Source: Planctomycetota bacterium (GTDB lineage: Bacteria > Planctomycetota > UBA1135 > UBA2386). Taken from it: DNA of 64,000 nucleotides. The notes below the pieces were generated by a model that was not told where the DNA came from, searched no databases, and saw only the letters and a program-made list of their open reading frames with translations. Below, one piece after another: positions 21,810-33,177 of this stretch. The position numbers and the translations under genes are program-made. Numbering within the stretch: position 1 is the first letter of the stretch; each line of letters starts with the position of its first letter. The DNA lies in NCBI GenBank assembly GCA_965223545.1, contig OZ245006.1, forward strand, positions 7,648,001 through 7,712,000, read 5' to 3'.

Positions 21810-23378
21810 ATGCCGAGCATGATCCGCGCCGCGCTCACCCTGCTTCTCGCAGCCCTAACGATGCCCTTGCTGCCGGGCCAATCCGACGCCGAGCGGCGCG
21901 AGGCGGTGGCGGAGTTCCGGCGCTACTTTCCGCGCTTCAAGACGGCGGCGGAGCGGGTGGCGGCCGTGCAGACCCTGTCGGGGATGGACTGCCCGGAGGC
22001 CGTGGCGGAGCTCATGCCGCTGCTGCAGTATCCCGACCAGGAGGTCCGCAACGCGGCCCTCGAGGTCATCGGCGCCTATCGCCAAGAGGCCAGCTTCGCG
22101 CCGATGGTGGAGGAGCTCGCCGAGGTCAAGGACAACCAGCGCAAGGCCGACATGATCCGCGTGCTCGCCGCTGCCGAGCAGAAGCAGGTGGTGCCGGTGT
22201 TGTTGGAGATGGTCACGGCGTCGCGCCGGCTCGATGACACCTTGGCCTACGAGCTGGCGCGCGCGTTCGGCGCGGTGGGCGAGGGCGAGGCCTGCCGCGA
22301 GCCGTTGCGCACGCTGTTGCAGCACAAGGGCCCGCTGGTGCGCATGGCGGCGGCCGACGCGGCCGGGAGTTTGCGCGTCAAGGGGTTGTCCGAGGAGCTC
22401 GTGCCGCTGATGTCGGACGGCGCCTGGCAGGTGGAGGACGCCGCCGTGCAAGCGCTCGGCAAGATCCGCGACCCGGCGGCGGTGCCGCCGTTGATCGGCG
22501 CGCTCGAGCGCGGTGGCCGGATGATGGAGGCGGCTGCCGATGCGCTGTTCGAGATCACCTCGCTGGACTTCGGCACCGACGCGGAGATGTGGCAGCGGCA
22601 GTGGGACAACCTGCAGTCCATCGACTGGCGCATCCCGACCGACGAGGAGCTGGCCAAGGCGAGGGCGGCCCGCGCGCGCAGTGATGCGTTCTACGGCAAG
22701 CGAGAGACCAACCAGTTCGTCGGCATCAAGACCACCTCGACGCGGGTCCTGTTCATCATCGACGTCTCCGGCTCGATGGAAGACGTCGTCGTCGAGCGCG
22801 AGCGGTTCGAGCAGCACGACGACCTGACCAAGCTCGGCATCGTCAAGTCCGAGCTGCTCAGCGCCATCGACGGTCTGTCGAAGAACACGTGGTTCAACAT
22901 CGTGGCGTTTGCCACCGATCTGGATCCTTGGAAGAAGCGGTTGGTCCCCGCCAACATCGTCAACCGGGCGAGCGCGTCGAGCTGGGTCAAGCGGCTGGCG
23001 CCGATCGGCGGCTCGGCCTCGGTCGAGCTGGCCGGCGCCGGCCTCACCGGCGCCGCCAACCTCGAGGCGGGCAAGACCAACACGCTCAAGGCGCTGATGT
23101 ATCCGTTCTCGATCGACCCCGAAGATCCGCCCAAGAGCGCGGTCACCCAGGGCAAGGTGTCGATCAAGAACAAGCTCGACACCGTGTTCTTCCTCAGCGA
23201 CGGGCGCCCCAGCACGGGCGTGCTGGTCGACACCCTCGAGATCTTGGAGGAGGTGTTCAGGGTCAACGAGGTGTTCCGCATCGTGTTCCACGCGATCGCG
23301 ATCGGCGATTTCCAGAAGAACTTCCTGCGCGATCTGGCCGAGCACACCGGCGGCGCGTTCGTCGACCTCGGTCGCTGA
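21810..23378 (+). CDS. Exported HEAT-repeat + vWA domain protein
   Basis: Signal peptide, HEAT repeats, MIDAS motif FIIDVSGSM, FFLSDGRP. Confidence 0.82.
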   Translation: MPSMIRAALTLLLAALTMPLLPGQSDAERREAVAEFRRYFPRFKTAAERVAAVQTLSGMDCPEAVAELMPLLQYPDQEVRNAALEVIGAYRQEASFAPMVEELAEVKDNQRKADMIRVLAAAEQKQVVPVLLEMVTASRRLDDTLAYELARAFGAVGEGEACREPLRTLLQHKGPLVRMAAADAAGSLRVKGLSEELVPLMSDGAWQVEDAAVQALGKIRDPAAVPPLIGALERGGRMMEAAADALFEITSLDFGTDAEMWQRQWDNLQSIDWRIPTDEELAKARAARARSDAFYGKRETNQFVGIKTTSTRVLFIIDVSGSMEDVVVERERFEQHDDLTKLGIVKSELLSAIDGLSKNTWFNIVAFATDLDPWKKRLVPANIVNRASASSWVKRLAPIGGSASVELAGAGLTGAANLEAGKTNTLKALMYPFSIDPEDPPKSAVTQGKVSIKNKLDTVFFLSDGRPSTGVLVDTLEILEEVFRVNEVFRIVFHAIAIGDFQKNFLRDLAEHTGGAFVDLGR

Positions 23379-23426
23379 GCGGGCCCGCAGGGCGGCCTGT
23401 TCACCGGCGCGGCGCGTTGCTCTATC

Positions 23427-24332
23427 GTGCCGCCGATGCTGCTCGCCCTGGTCGAAGCGATGCGCCCACACCAGTGGGTCAAGAACGCCCTCGTGTTGGC
23501 GCCGCTCGCGTTCGGCCACGCCCGGTTGGCGGGGCGCGGGGGTGTCGTCGAGGCGCTGCCGGAGGCGCTCGCGGCGACCGCGGTGTTCTGCCTGCTGTCG
23601 AGCTCGATCTATCTGCTCAACGACCTGGTCGACGCCGACGCGGATGCCCGGCATCCCAGCAAGAGCCGCCGGCCGATTCCGTCCGGGCGGCTGCCGCGCG
23701 GCGTCGCCGCCGCGGTCAGCGCGGTTTGCGCCGCGGCATCGTTGGCGTGGGCGCTCGGCCTGGGCGATGGCAGCTTCTTCCGCTGGCCGTTGGCCTATCT
23801 GCTGCTCAACCTGGCCTACTCGTTCTGGCTCAAGAAGCTGGTGATCGTCGATTGTCTGTGCATCGCGCTCGGCTTCCAGCTGCGGGTCCAGGGCGGTGCC
23901 GCCGTCGTCCAGGTGCCGCCGTCGCCGTGGATCCTGCTCTGCACGTTCTTCTTTGCCCTGTTCTTGGCCTTCTGCAAGCGCCGTGAAGAAGTCGAGCGGA
24001 TGGGCGGCGAGGGCGGTACGCGCGCCACGGTGCGCGAGTACGAGCTCGGCTTCCTGGATCAGGTGATCGCGCCCTTGGCGGCACTCAGTATCCTGTGCTA
24101 CGCGCTGTACGCGGTCGACGCCGGGTCGCTGCAGATGCACGGCGAGGGGCTCAAGTACACGGTGCCGTTCGTCGTGTTCGGCGTGTTTCGCTACCTGTTC
24201 TTGGTACACCGCCGCGGCGAGGGTGCCGATCCCGCGCGGCTGCTGTTCCGCGATTCCCAGCTGATCATCAGTGGGCTGCTGTGGGCCGCCGCGGTGGTGG
24301 CCGCGATCGCGACCAGGACGCCTCCGGCATGA
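23427..24332 (+). CDS. UbiA-family prenyl-phosphate phosphoribosyltransferase
   Basis: [26 protein letters not shown]; multiple TM segments. Confidence 0.9.
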   Translation: MPPMLLALVEAMRPHQWVKNALVLAPLAFGHARLAGRGGVVEALPEALAATAVFCLLSSSIYLLNDLVDADADARHPSKSRRPIPSGRLPRGVAAAVSAVCAAASLAWALGLGDGSFFRWPLAYLLLNLAYSFWLKKLVIVDCLCIALGFQLRVQGGAAVVQVPPSPWILLCTFFFALFLAFCKRREEVERMGGEGGTRATVREYELGFLDQVIAPLAALSILCYALYAVDAGSLQMHGEGLKYTVPFVVFGVFRYLFLVHRRGEGADPARLLFRDSQLIISGLLWAAAVVAAIATRTPPA

Positions 24333-25396
24333 CCGATGGTGGAAGAGCACCGCGTCGCGTCGCCGACTTGCGCAGCGACACGGTCACGCAGCCGACCGAG
24401 GCGATGCGAGCGGCGATGGCCAGCGCCGAGGTCGGCGACGACGTGCTGGGCGAAGACCCGACCGTCGCGCGGCTCGAGGCGGAGGCCGCCGCCGTGTTCG
24501 GCACCGGTGCCGCCCTGTTCGTGCCGTCGGGCACGATGGCCAACCAGATCGCCGTGCACGTGCACTGCCGGCCCGGCGACGAGCTGATCTGCGAGCGCCG
24601 GTGTCACGTCTACCGCTACGAGGCCGGTGGGGTGGCGCGTTGGTCGGGGACGCAGGTGCGGGCCCTCGATCACGAGCGGGGCTTCCCCACGCCCGCGCAG
24701 ATCGAGGACGCGGTGTTGTCGGACGACGTCCACGACGCGCGCTCGCGGCTGTTGGTGCTGGAGAACACCCACAACATGGCGGGGGGCACGGTGCTCGACC
24801 CGGACGGCGTGCGCGATCGGGTCGCGGCGGCGGCCCGCCATGGCTTGGCCGTACACGTCGACGGTGCGCGCCTGTTCAACGCGGCGGTCGGCCTCGGCTG
24901 CCCGCCGGCGGCGCTGCTCGACGGCGTCGACTCGGCCTCGGTCTGCCTCAGCAAGGGGCTGGGGGCACCGATCGGCTCGGTGCTGCTGGGCGACGAGGAC
25001 TTCGTCGCCGCGGCGCGCCGCGTGCGCAAGGCGCTGGGCGGGGGCATGCGCCAGGTCGGCGTGCTGGCTGCCGCCGGCCTGCTCGCGCTGCGCGACGGTC
25101 CCGGCCAGTTGGCCCGCGACCATCACCGCGCGCGCCGCCTGGCGGAGGGCCTAGGCGGCCTCTCCGGTTTGCGGGTGACGCCGCCCGATAGCAACATCGT
25201 GTTGTTGGAGCTCGAGGTCGCGGCGCCGGCCGATTTGCTGTCCACTCTTGCGCGGCGCGGCGTGTTGGCCAGCGCGGTCGACCGCCGGCGGGTGCGCATG
25301 GTGACGCACCGAGACCTCACGGACGCGGACGTCGAGCGATGCTTGCAAGCCGTCGGCGATTGGCACAGCGGCGGCGGCGCCGACCGCGGCGCTTAG
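24329..25396 (+). CDS. ltaE: Low-specificity L-threonine aldolase
   Basis: [40 protein letters not shown]. Confidence 0.92.
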   Translation: MTDGGRAPRRVADLRSDTVTQPTEAMRAAMASAEVGDDVLGEDPTVARLEAEAAAVFGTGAALFVPSGTMANQIAVHVHCRPGDELICERRCHVYRYEAGGVARWSGTQVRALDHERGFPTPAQIEDAVLSDDVHDARSRLLVLENTHNMAGGTVLDPDGVRDRVAAAARHGLAVHVDGARLFNAAVGLGCPPAALLDGVDSASVCLSKGLGAPIGSVLLGDEDFVAAARRVRKALGGGMRQVGVLAAAGLLALRDGPGQLARDHHRARRLAEGLGGLSGLRVTPPDSNIVLLELEVAAPADLLSTLARRGVLASAVDRRRVRMVTHRDLTDADVERCLQAVGDWHSGGGADRGA

Positions 25397-25420
25397 ATCT
25401 CAGAATGTAAGGATGGACCA

Positions 25421-26758
25421 GTGACGATCTTCAAGGCTTACGACATTCGTGGCACCTATCCCGATCAGATCGACGAAGCGATCGCGACCAAGATCGGCAC
25501 CGCCTTCGCCAACTTCACCGGCGCCAAACGGCTGGTCGTCGGGCGCGACATGCGCACCATGGCGCCGTCGGTGCAGGACGCGATCATCGACGGCATCCTC
25601 GCCGCCGGCTGCGACGTCATCGACGTCGGCTTGGCGTCGACCCCGATGGTCTACTACTGCATCGGCAAGCTCGAGTGCGACGGCGGGCTCTGCGTCACCG
25701 CGTCCCACAACCCCAAGCAGTTCATCGGCTTCAAGCTGTGCCGCGAGGAGGCGCGCCCGCTGTCGGGCGACTCCGGCATCGGCGACATCGCCGGCATGGT
25801 CGAGCGCGGCGAGCTGCGCACCGCGGCGACGCCGGGCCGCCGCGAGACCGTGGCGATGCGGGATGCGTTCGTCGACCACATCGTGTCGTTCGCCCGCGAC
25901 ATCCCACCGATGAAGATCGTCGTCGACTACGCCAACGGCATGGGCGCCGCCGAGGGGCCGGCGATCTTCGCCAAGATCCCGGGCCTGGAGGTGATCCCGC
26001 TGTACGAAGAGCTGGATGGGACCTTTCCCAACCACGAGGCCAACCCGCTGTACGAGCCCAACCTCGACCCGCTGCGCGCCGCCGTGCGCGAGCACGGCAC
26101 CACGCTGGGATTGGCGTTCGACGGCGACGCCGACCGCTGCGCGTTCGTCGACGAGGAGGGTCGCACGGTGCACGCCGACTTGATCACCGCGATCCTGGCG
26201 CGCGGCTTGCTCGAGCGCTCCCCCGGCGCGGGCATCATCTACGACCTGCGCTCGTCCAAGATCCTGCCCGAGGAGATCACCCGCCTCGGCGGACGGCCGG
26301 TGCGCGAGCGCGTCGGGCACTCCTTCATGAAGGAGACCATGCGGCGCGAGGACTGTGTCGGTGGCGGCGAGCTGTCGGGCCACTTCTACTTCGCCGACAA
26401 CTTCTACACCGACTGCGGCGTGCTGGCCGCGATCATGGTGCTCAACCAGCTCGGGCAGGAGAAGGTCACGCTCAAGCAGGCCGCCGACCGCCTGCGCGTC
26501 TACCACAGCTCGCCCGAGATCAACTTCAAGGTCGACGACAAGACAGCCCTGATGCGCGCCGTCGCCGAACGCTACGCCGATGGCGAGGTCGACGAGCTCG
26601 ACGGGGTCACCGTGACCTACCCGACGTGGTGGGTGAACGTGCGGGCGAGCAACACCGAGCCGTTCTTGCGGCTGCGGCTCGAGGCCGACACCGAGGAGCT
26701 GCTGGCCGAGAAGCGCGCCGAGCTGATCGGCCTGCTCGGCGAGCCGGCAGATCACTGA
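25421..26758 (+). CDS. Phosphomannomutase/phosphoglucomutase
   Basis: FKAYDIRG, TASHNP, FDGDADR, GELSGH, RASNTEP. Confidence 0.93.
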   Translation: MTIFKAYDIRGTYPDQIDEAIATKIGTAFANFTGAKRLVVGRDMRTMAPSVQDAIIDGILAAGCDVIDVGLASTPMVYYCIGKLECDGGLCVTASHNPKQFIGFKLCREEARPLSGDSGIGDIAGMVERGELRTAATPGRRETVAMRDAFVDHIVSFARDIPPMKIVVDYANGMGAAEGPAIFAKIPGLEVIPLYEELDGTFPNHEANPLYEPNLDPLRAAVREHGTTLGLAFDGDADRCAFVDEEGRTVHADLITAILARGLLERSPGAGIIYDLRSSKILPEEITRLGGRPVRERVGHSFMKETMRREDCVGGGELSGHFYFADNFYTDCGVLAAIMVLNQLGQEKVTLKQAADRLRVYHSSPEINFKVDDKTALMRAVAERYADGEVDELDGVTVTYPTWWVNVRASNTEPFLRLRLEADTEELLAEKRAELIGLLGEPADH

Positions 26759-27543
26759 TGGAGCTGCCGACGCCCTGCGGCCTGGTCACCCTGACCAGCG
26801 ATTTCGGCCTCAAAGACCCCTACGTCGGGCTGATGCACGGTGCCGTTCGGTTGCGCCACCCGCGCGCCGACGTCGTCGATCTGACGCATGGGATCGCGGC
26901 GCACGACGTGCGCGCCGGCGCGTTGGTCGTCGCCGCCGCGATCGGCCGCTTTCCCAAGGGCAGTATCCACGTCGCGGTGGTCGACCCCGGCGTCGGCAGC
27001 GACCGCCGCGCCCTGGCGGTCTGCGCGCACGACGTCTACTGGATCGGGCCGGACAACGGGCTGTTCACCCTGGTGCTCGAGCGAGCCGGCGCCCGCGCCG
27101 AGGTGCGCGCGCTCGACGTCGCCGCCCTGCGCCTGCCGGTGCCGTCGCGGACGTTCTGGGGGCGCGACGTATTCGCGCCGGTGGCGGGGCTGCTCAGCGC
27201 GCGGAAGTTCGGCTTCCGCGCGCTCGGCCCGCGGGCGCCCGCGGTCGAGCGCATCGCCATGCCGGAGCCTGGGGCGCCGGAGGTGACCCTGGTCGACGCG
27301 TTCGGCAACCTGATCACCTCGGTGACGGCGGCGCAGGCGGCGGCCGCGGGGGCCACCGCGGTGGAGATCGCCGGCCGCACCGTGCCGCTGCGCGGCACGT
27401 ATTCCGAGGCGGAGCCCGGCGCGCTGCTGGCACTGGTGAACTCGTACGACCTGCTGGAGGTAGCGGTGTGCGAGGGCCGTGCCAGTGACGTGCTCGGTGT
27501 CGGCATCGGCGAGCCGGTCGCGCTGCGTTCGGTGGACGGGTAG
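26758..27543 (+). CDS. DUF62 SAM hydroxide adenosyltransferase / halogenase family protein
   Basis: LTSDFG, VVDPGVG, GPDNG, TFWGRDVFAP, DAFGN. Confidence 0.88.
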   Translation: MELPTPCGLVTLTSDFGLKDPYVGLMHGAVRLRHPRADVVDLTHGIAAHDVRAGALVVAAAIGRFPKGSIHVAVVDPGVGSDRRALAVCAHDVYWIGPDNGLFTLVLERAGARAEVRALDVAALRLPVPSRTFWGRDVFAPVAGLLSARKFGFRALGPRAPAVERIAMPEPGAPEVTLVDAFGNLITSVTAAQAAAAGATAVEIAGRTVPLRGTYSEAEPGALLALVNSYDLLEVAVCEGRASDVLGVGIGEPVALRSVDG

Positions 27544-27554
27544 GCTCGACCGCC

Positions 27555-28472
27555 ATGACCGAACGCGGGCGGCTGCATATCTTGGGCGTACCGATGGATT
27601 TCGGCGCCGGACGGCGCGGTGTCGACATGGGGCCGTCCGCGATCCGGGTCGCCGGCATCGGCGCGACCCTGCGCGGCCTCGGCTACGAGGTCGTCGACGA
27701 GGGCAACGTCGCGGTGCCGACGCCCGAGAGCTGCGACCCGGGCGAGCCGCACGCCAAGTACCTGCAGCCGATCTATCACGTCTGCAACCGGCTGCGCCTG
27801 CGCGTGCGGCGCATCCTGGAAGGCGGCGGCATGCCGGTGGTCCTCGGCGGCGACCACTCGATCGCGATCGGCACGGTCAGCGGCGTCGCCGAGCACTACC
27901 GCAACGAGGACGCGCGCGTCGGCCTGATCTGGGTCGATGCCCACGCCGACATGAACACGCCCGACACGAGCCCCACCGGCAACATCCACGGCATGCCGCT
28001 GGCCGCGCTCTTGGGCATGGGCGAGCGCAGCCTGGTCGAGATGGGCGGCTTCGGCCCCAAGGTGCGGCGCGAGAACGTCTGCCTGATCGGAATCCGCAAC
28101 CTCGACGAGGCCGAGAAGCAGATCGTCCGCCAATCGGGCGTACACGCCTACACCATGCGCGACCTCGACGAGCGCGGCATGGCCGCCGTCGCCGCCGAGG
28201 CGATCGCCCACGCCAGCGAGGGCTGCGCCGGCTTCCACGTCTCCTACGACCTCGACGGCATGGACCCCCGCGACGTCCCCGGCGTCGGCACCGCGGTCAA
28301 AGGCGGCATCAGCTGGCGCGAGGGCAACCTGCTGCTCGAGATGATCGCCGACTGCAAGAAGATGACCAGCCTGGAGATCACCGAGCTGAACCCGGTGCTC
28401 GACGTGCGCAATGCGTCGGGGGAGGTGGCGGTGGATCTGGCGGGGTCGGCGTTCGGCAAGCGGATCCTCTGA
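27555..28472 (+). CDS. rocF: Arginase
   Basis: GVDMGP, GGDHS, DAHAD, GNIHGMP, SYDLDGMD, ELNP. Confidence 0.93.
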   Translation: MTERGRLHILGVPMDFGAGRRGVDMGPSAIRVAGIGATLRGLGYEVVDEGNVAVPTPESCDPGEPHAKYLQPIYHVCNRLRLRVRRILEGGGMPVVLGGDHSIAIGTVSGVAEHYRNEDARVGLIWVDAHADMNTPDTSPTGNIHGMPLAALLGMGERSLVEMGGFGPKVRRENVCLIGIRNLDEAEKQIVRQSGVHAYTMRDLDERGMAAVAAEAIAHASEGCAGFHVSYDLDGMDPRDVPGVGTAVKGGISWREGNLLLEMIADCKKMTSLEITELNPVLDVRNASGEVAVDLAGSAFGKRIL

Positions 28473-28543
28473 GCGGTTGAGGGAATCGGCGGCGCCGCGC
28501 TTGCGGGGCCCCTCGATCCCGCTTGTGCCGGACGACTGCCTAG

Positions 28544-29311
28544 CCCAACTTGAACAGTTGGCGCCGAATACGAGGTCCTGGCAGGCTCTGGAGGCCGAAC
28601 TCGACGAAAGTCGGCACTACATTTCTGCAACGAGTTTGAGCTGACGAAGCCGCTTCGGGAGGCGCAGCCCGAGGCGCTCGATCAGCACGGCAGTCTCCTT
28701 GTCCGGGTCGACGACGCATCGGAGCCTCATGTCCTTGCCCGTTTCGAGCGGCAGGACGACGTCCACGGTCTGGATCCGGGCCATCTCCTCCAGAATTGTG
28801 CGCGGACTCGAGCCGAGCCCGGCCTGCTTCTGCCAACCCTCGAGCGTTTTCCACATGGCATGGGCCAAGAAGCAAACGAGGATGTGCGCGCGGACGCGGT
28901 CTTCGCGCTGGTGCCAAACGGGACGGATCTTCAGGTCGGTCTTGTGGATGCGGAACGCCGCTTCAGCGTGGTGGAGCTGGATGTAGGTCTGCCACAGCTC
29001 TTCCGACGACCAGTCCGAGACATTGGAGCGCAGGATGTAGGTCCCCTCGGTGAGCGCGGCCCAGTCCCTCCAGGCGTCGTTCTCAGACCATTCGAGTCGC
29101 AGTCCGGACCCGCGTGATGCGTCGTCCTTCACCGAGACGCGATACTTTGCGGCGGCGCGGCGATTGCGCTCGAGCAAGCGACCGATCTGACGCTCCACCT
29201 GCGTGCGGTCCGCCGGTTTCTTGGCTCGCTCGAGTCGTCTACCGAGCTTCTCGAGCCCGTCGACGATGCGCGCATCGAAGCGGTCATGCATCGCCGCCTC
29301 CTTCTTCTTGC
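28544..29311 (-). pseudogene. IS1634-family remnant: transposase C-terminal part (28617-29311) plus element end
   Basis: [42 protein letters not shown]; end CCCAACTT next to CTAG; cut at 29311 by a TGT-ended transposon. Confidence 0.8.
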
Positions 29312-29581
29312 TGTAGGGAGCCGCGTACCGCCGGTCCCAACTCGCCACCGGCGGTCACGGTCCGCCGGTGCATCGCGGTCGGGAGTCACCGGCGCAATCC
29401 GACTCGGGTAGCAGCCAACAGCTCCCGCTGAGTCGCGGCGCGGATCTGGTTCCAGCGCTCAGCGCGGCTCCTGTGGATCTGGTTCTTCCGCCTGCGGGAT
29501 GGCGGCGGGCTCAGGCTCCCGGTACGTAAGGAGACCCCACAGAGTTGGCGCTCTGAGGGGTCGATCGCGGCGCTCGACAAT

Positions 29582-30202
29582 TTGCAAACCTGCGCCGCAA
29601 GCGTGGTTACGCAGGTGCAGAAGCTACTCCGAGTCCGCGGCGGTCTCAACGCCTACGAGGCGAATCCTGACCTCCTGCTCTCCGTGGCCGAAGCGGACCG
29701 CTGCCCGTTCTGCGAGGACGGCCACCGGCTTCGACGACACGGGCTCTACCACCGGCAGCACCTCCCTCCCGGCGAGAGCGAGCCGGTGCGCATCCCGGTT
29801 CGGCGGCTGCTCTGCGCCCGATCGGGCCGGACCGTGTCGTTGCTGCCGGACTTCTGCATTCCGCGGCGCCAACACGGCCCGGAGATCCTGGGACCGTTCT
29901 TGAGCGACTACGTGTCGGGCACGCCGTTGCTCAAAGCGCTCCGTCGCGTTCGGGCCGATACGCCGGGTCACTCCGTGGCGCAGTCCCTGCGCGATGGCTT
30001 CCTGGCACGAGCTGGCCCGATCCGGACGTACCTCGCCCGGCTTCGGCACCGAGCTCTCGAGCCGCACCCTTCACTTCGTGGAATCCGACGCGACGTCGCC
30101 GCGTTGATCGCAGGTCTTTGCCACGGGTTTGCCAGCGCCGCGACGGCGTTCGTCCAACACGCTGTCGGGCTGCATCGCGTGACGCGTTCGGGCCTCGCGT
30201 AG
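29582..30202 (+). CDS. Zinc-binding transposon accessory protein (DUF6431-like)
   Basis: CPFC..HRLRRHGLYHR..IPVRRLLC..GRTVSLLPDF..PRRQH; start may be GTG 29615. Confidence 0.65.
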   Translation: MQTCAASVVTQVQKLLRVRGGLNAYEANPDLLLSVAEADRCPFCEDGHRLRRHGLYHRQHLPPGESEPVRIPVRRLLCARSGRTVSLLPDFCIPRRQHGPEILGPFLSDYVSGTPLLKALRRVRADTPGHSVAQSLRDGFLARAGPIRTYLARLRHRALEPHPSLRGIRRDVAALIAGLCHGFASAATAFVQHAVGLHRVTRSGLA

Positions 30203-30327
30203 CTCTCGGCGATCACCGGATTCGATCGGTGTTCCGCGGCCGACGTCGTGTTCGGCAACAACGCGGCCCCACGGCACACAGCGCTTCGGCTTCGCACGAT
30301 CCCCTTGTCACCGGTGACAAGGGCGCC

Positions 30328-31677
30328 ATGTCAAACGAACCCCCTTCCGACCTCGCCCTCTTCCGCTACCAGATCATCGCACCGCTGCTCTCGATCGATG
30401 GCCCGCGCGGCGCCCTCAAGCGTGAGATCCGCCGCATCGCGGCGAAGCCTCATCAGCATCCGCGACGTGGTCAGACGATCATCGGCTTCGGCACCATCGA
30501 GGACTGGCTCATGCGGTACCGCCGCGATGGCCTCGTCGGACTCGAGGACAAGCGCCGTCGCGACCAAGGTCACAGCCGCAGAATCGACGACGACCTCGCC
30601 GCCGCGATCACCGATCTCGCCGAGGCGAGACCGGCGCTCGACGGCCCGGGTCTGATCGCCGAGCTTCGAGCCGTATGAAAGGGCGGCGAGCTCCAGTCGC
30701 TCTCGACGCTGTACCGCTTTCTGCGCGCCCGTGGCCTCGATCAACGCCGTACACGCAATCGCCAGGATCACCGCGCCTTCGCCTTCGACCTCGCCGGCGA
30801 CTGCTGGCAGGGCGATGTGATGTACGGCCCAGCGCTCCCGGCCAAGGACGGGCGGCGCCGCAAGACCTACCTCATCGCCATCCTCGACGACGCCACCCGC
30901 GTCATCCCGCACGCGCAGTTCTACTTCGAGCAGCACCTGCGCAGCCTGAAAGACTGCCTCAAGCAGAGCATGCTGAAGCGCGGCGTGCCGCGTCGCTTCT
31001 ACTTCGACAACGGCCAGATCTTCCGCAGCCGCTTGCTGTTGGCGGTGTGCGCGCGGATGGGAATCCAGCTCATTCACACCAGGCCCTACCAGCCGCAGGG
31101 CCGGGCCAAGCTCGAGCGCTGGTTCCTCACCGTGCGCCGCGGGTTTCTGACTCGCATCGACGCCAATCGCCTCAGCATCGACGAGCTGAATCGGCTGCTG
31201 TTCGCCTGGATCGAGGGCGAGTATCACCAGCGTCCGCATCGGGGAATCGACGGCGAGACACCGCTCGATCGATGGCTGCGGCTGTCCGACGGGATCCGCC
31301 CCCTGCCGCGGGAGGTCGACCTCGACTTGCTGTTCATGGACGAGGTGACTCGCCGCGTAGCAAAGGACGGCACACTGACGCTGGATGGTCGCCGATTCGA
31401 GGCGGGGCCGCGGCTCATCGGCCGCAAGGTCAAGGTCCGCTTCGACCGGTACGACTTGCGCGCCGTGCTGGTGCTCACCGACTCCGGCGAGCCGGTGCGC
31501 GCGATGCCCGTCGACCTGCGCGCGAATCGGTACGTGCGACGGCTACCGGCGGATCAAGAAGCGACTCCGAAGCAGCCAAAGCCTGAGCTGAGATCGCTCG
31601 ACCAACTCGCGGATGACCTGCGCCGAGAGCATCTGGGCGAGGACGACGACGCCGAGGGAGCGTGCCATGTCTGCTGA
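30328..31677 (+). pseudogene. Mu/IS481-like DDE transposase with one in-frame TGA at 30676-30678
   Basis: ALFRYQII, STLYRFL, WQGD, ILDDATR, YFDNG, GRAKLERWF, Mu-C-terminal-like region; both halves are in the same frame. Confidence 0.82.
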
Positions 31678-32496
31678 TCACCCACGACTCGAGACCAAGC
31701 TGCGCAGCGTATTCGGCCTCAAGAGCATTCCGTTCGGCAAGGGGCTCGGGGCCGACGAGCTGTTCGTCACAGATGGTTTCCAGCAAGCACAGGACAGGCT
31801 GCGCTACCTGCTCGACCGACGCGGAATCGGTGCGGTCTTCGGAGCTCCCGGGACGGCAAGTCCACGGTCCTGCGCGCCTTCATCGACGAGCTCGGCAAGG
31901 CCGCCTACTCGGTCTGCTACGTCAGCCACAGCACGTGCGCCGTGCTCGATCTGTTTCGCGAGATCGCGCGCGGCTTCGCCATCGAGCCGCGCTACCGCAA
32001 GGCAGGCGTCCTCCGAGAGGTCAAAGAGCGCATCGAGAAGCTGTCTCACGGGCAGAAGATCCAGCCGGTCTTGATCGTCGACGATGCGCACCTGCTGCCG
32101 ACCCACGTGCTCGACGACCTGCGACTACTGACCAACTTCGAGACCGACAGTCGCGACGAGCTGACGTTGGTGCTGTGTGGGCATCCACAGCTCGAGAGCA
32201 ATCTGAGGCTCGCGATCAACGAGGCCATCGCCCAGCGCATCGTCATGCGCGTCCGGCTGCGTTCGCTACACACCGACGAGGTCCGGCAGTACCTCGAGCA
32301 CCGCCTGCAGGTGGCGGGGCGCACTGCGCCGCTGTTCCTCCCCGAAGCCACCGAGGCCATCGCGCGGGCCGCGCGCGGGATCCCACGCCTCGTCGATCGA
32401 CTGGCCGAGCACAGCTTGCTCGTTGCCCTGCGCGGCAAACGCAAGGAGATCGACGCGGATGTCGTGACCGAGGCCATCGACGAGGTCGCCCCGTGA
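31667..32496 (+). pseudogene. ExeA-like AAA ATPase, frameshifted in Walker A near 31853
   Basis: GAPG(T)GKS split across frames; IVDDAH; LVLCGHPQL; GIPRLV. Confidence 0.8.
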
Positions 32497-32838
32497 GGAA
32501 GCGACCTGATCCGCCCCGACCCGATCTGGTGCGAAGGCCGCACGGGTCGTTCGGCTGGCTCGATGCACACCTGCTCCATGAGCATTGGTTGGGTCGGCTC
32601 GGTCCCGACGCCGTCGCCGTGCTCGTCCTGCTGGCGATCGCCGCGGACCCGCGCGGTAGCTCCTACTACAGCAGGGCGCGCATGGCAGTGGCGCTGGACA
32701 TGGACGTCGGCAGGGTGGATGCGGCGTTGGAGCGGCTGACGGACCTGGGTCTCGTTGCCTTCAGACCTTGGCGAGCGCGCTGTCGCGATGTAACTGTTCC
32801 GGCAACCACGTCTGCAAACGCTCGAGTCGTTCGCCACG

Positions 32839-33177
32839 ATGGCGGCCATGTCGAAGCGAGCAGGTCGTCGCCGTGAGATCCGGCAGGTTCTCGCGCTCCG
32901 CGAGCAGGAAGGGTTTTCGCTGCGTGCGCTCTCGGAGCGGTTCGGTATCCCGATCGGTACGCTGAGTTGGTGGTCGCATCGGTTGCGATCAGAGGAGAGC
33001 ACTGGGTTCGCGGAGGTCCGAGTTGTCGATCACGATGGTCGGGGTCGGACGACTAGCGACGAGGGCGAGAGTTCGAGCCTTGTGCGGCTCAGGTTCCCGG
33101 CGGGCGTCGTCGCGGAGTTCGAGGGCGCGATTGCTCAGGACATCGCGTACCGCTTGCTGGACTCTGTGACTGACTGA
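32839..33177 (+). CDS. tnpA: IS66 TnpA-like HTH protein
   Basis: HTH (SLRALSERFGIPIGTLSWW), FAEV motif; first gene of the element. Confidence 0.8.
   Translation: MAAMSKRAGRRREIRQVLALREQEGFSLRALSERFGIPIGTLSWWSHRLRSEESTGFAEVRVVDHDGRGRTTSDEGESSSLVRLRFPAGVVAEFEGAIAQDIAYRLLDSVTD

Noticed and set aside
26758..27543. Fluorinase/chlorinase of a halometabolite cluster
   Set aside because: Housekeeping context with no biosynthetic cluster; most DUF62 proteins are SAM hydrolases (the TFWGRD variant is noted but not decisive)
29442..29484. GGATCTGGTTC direct repeat pair in the transposon left region
   Set aside because: Only two 11-bp copies and no assignable function
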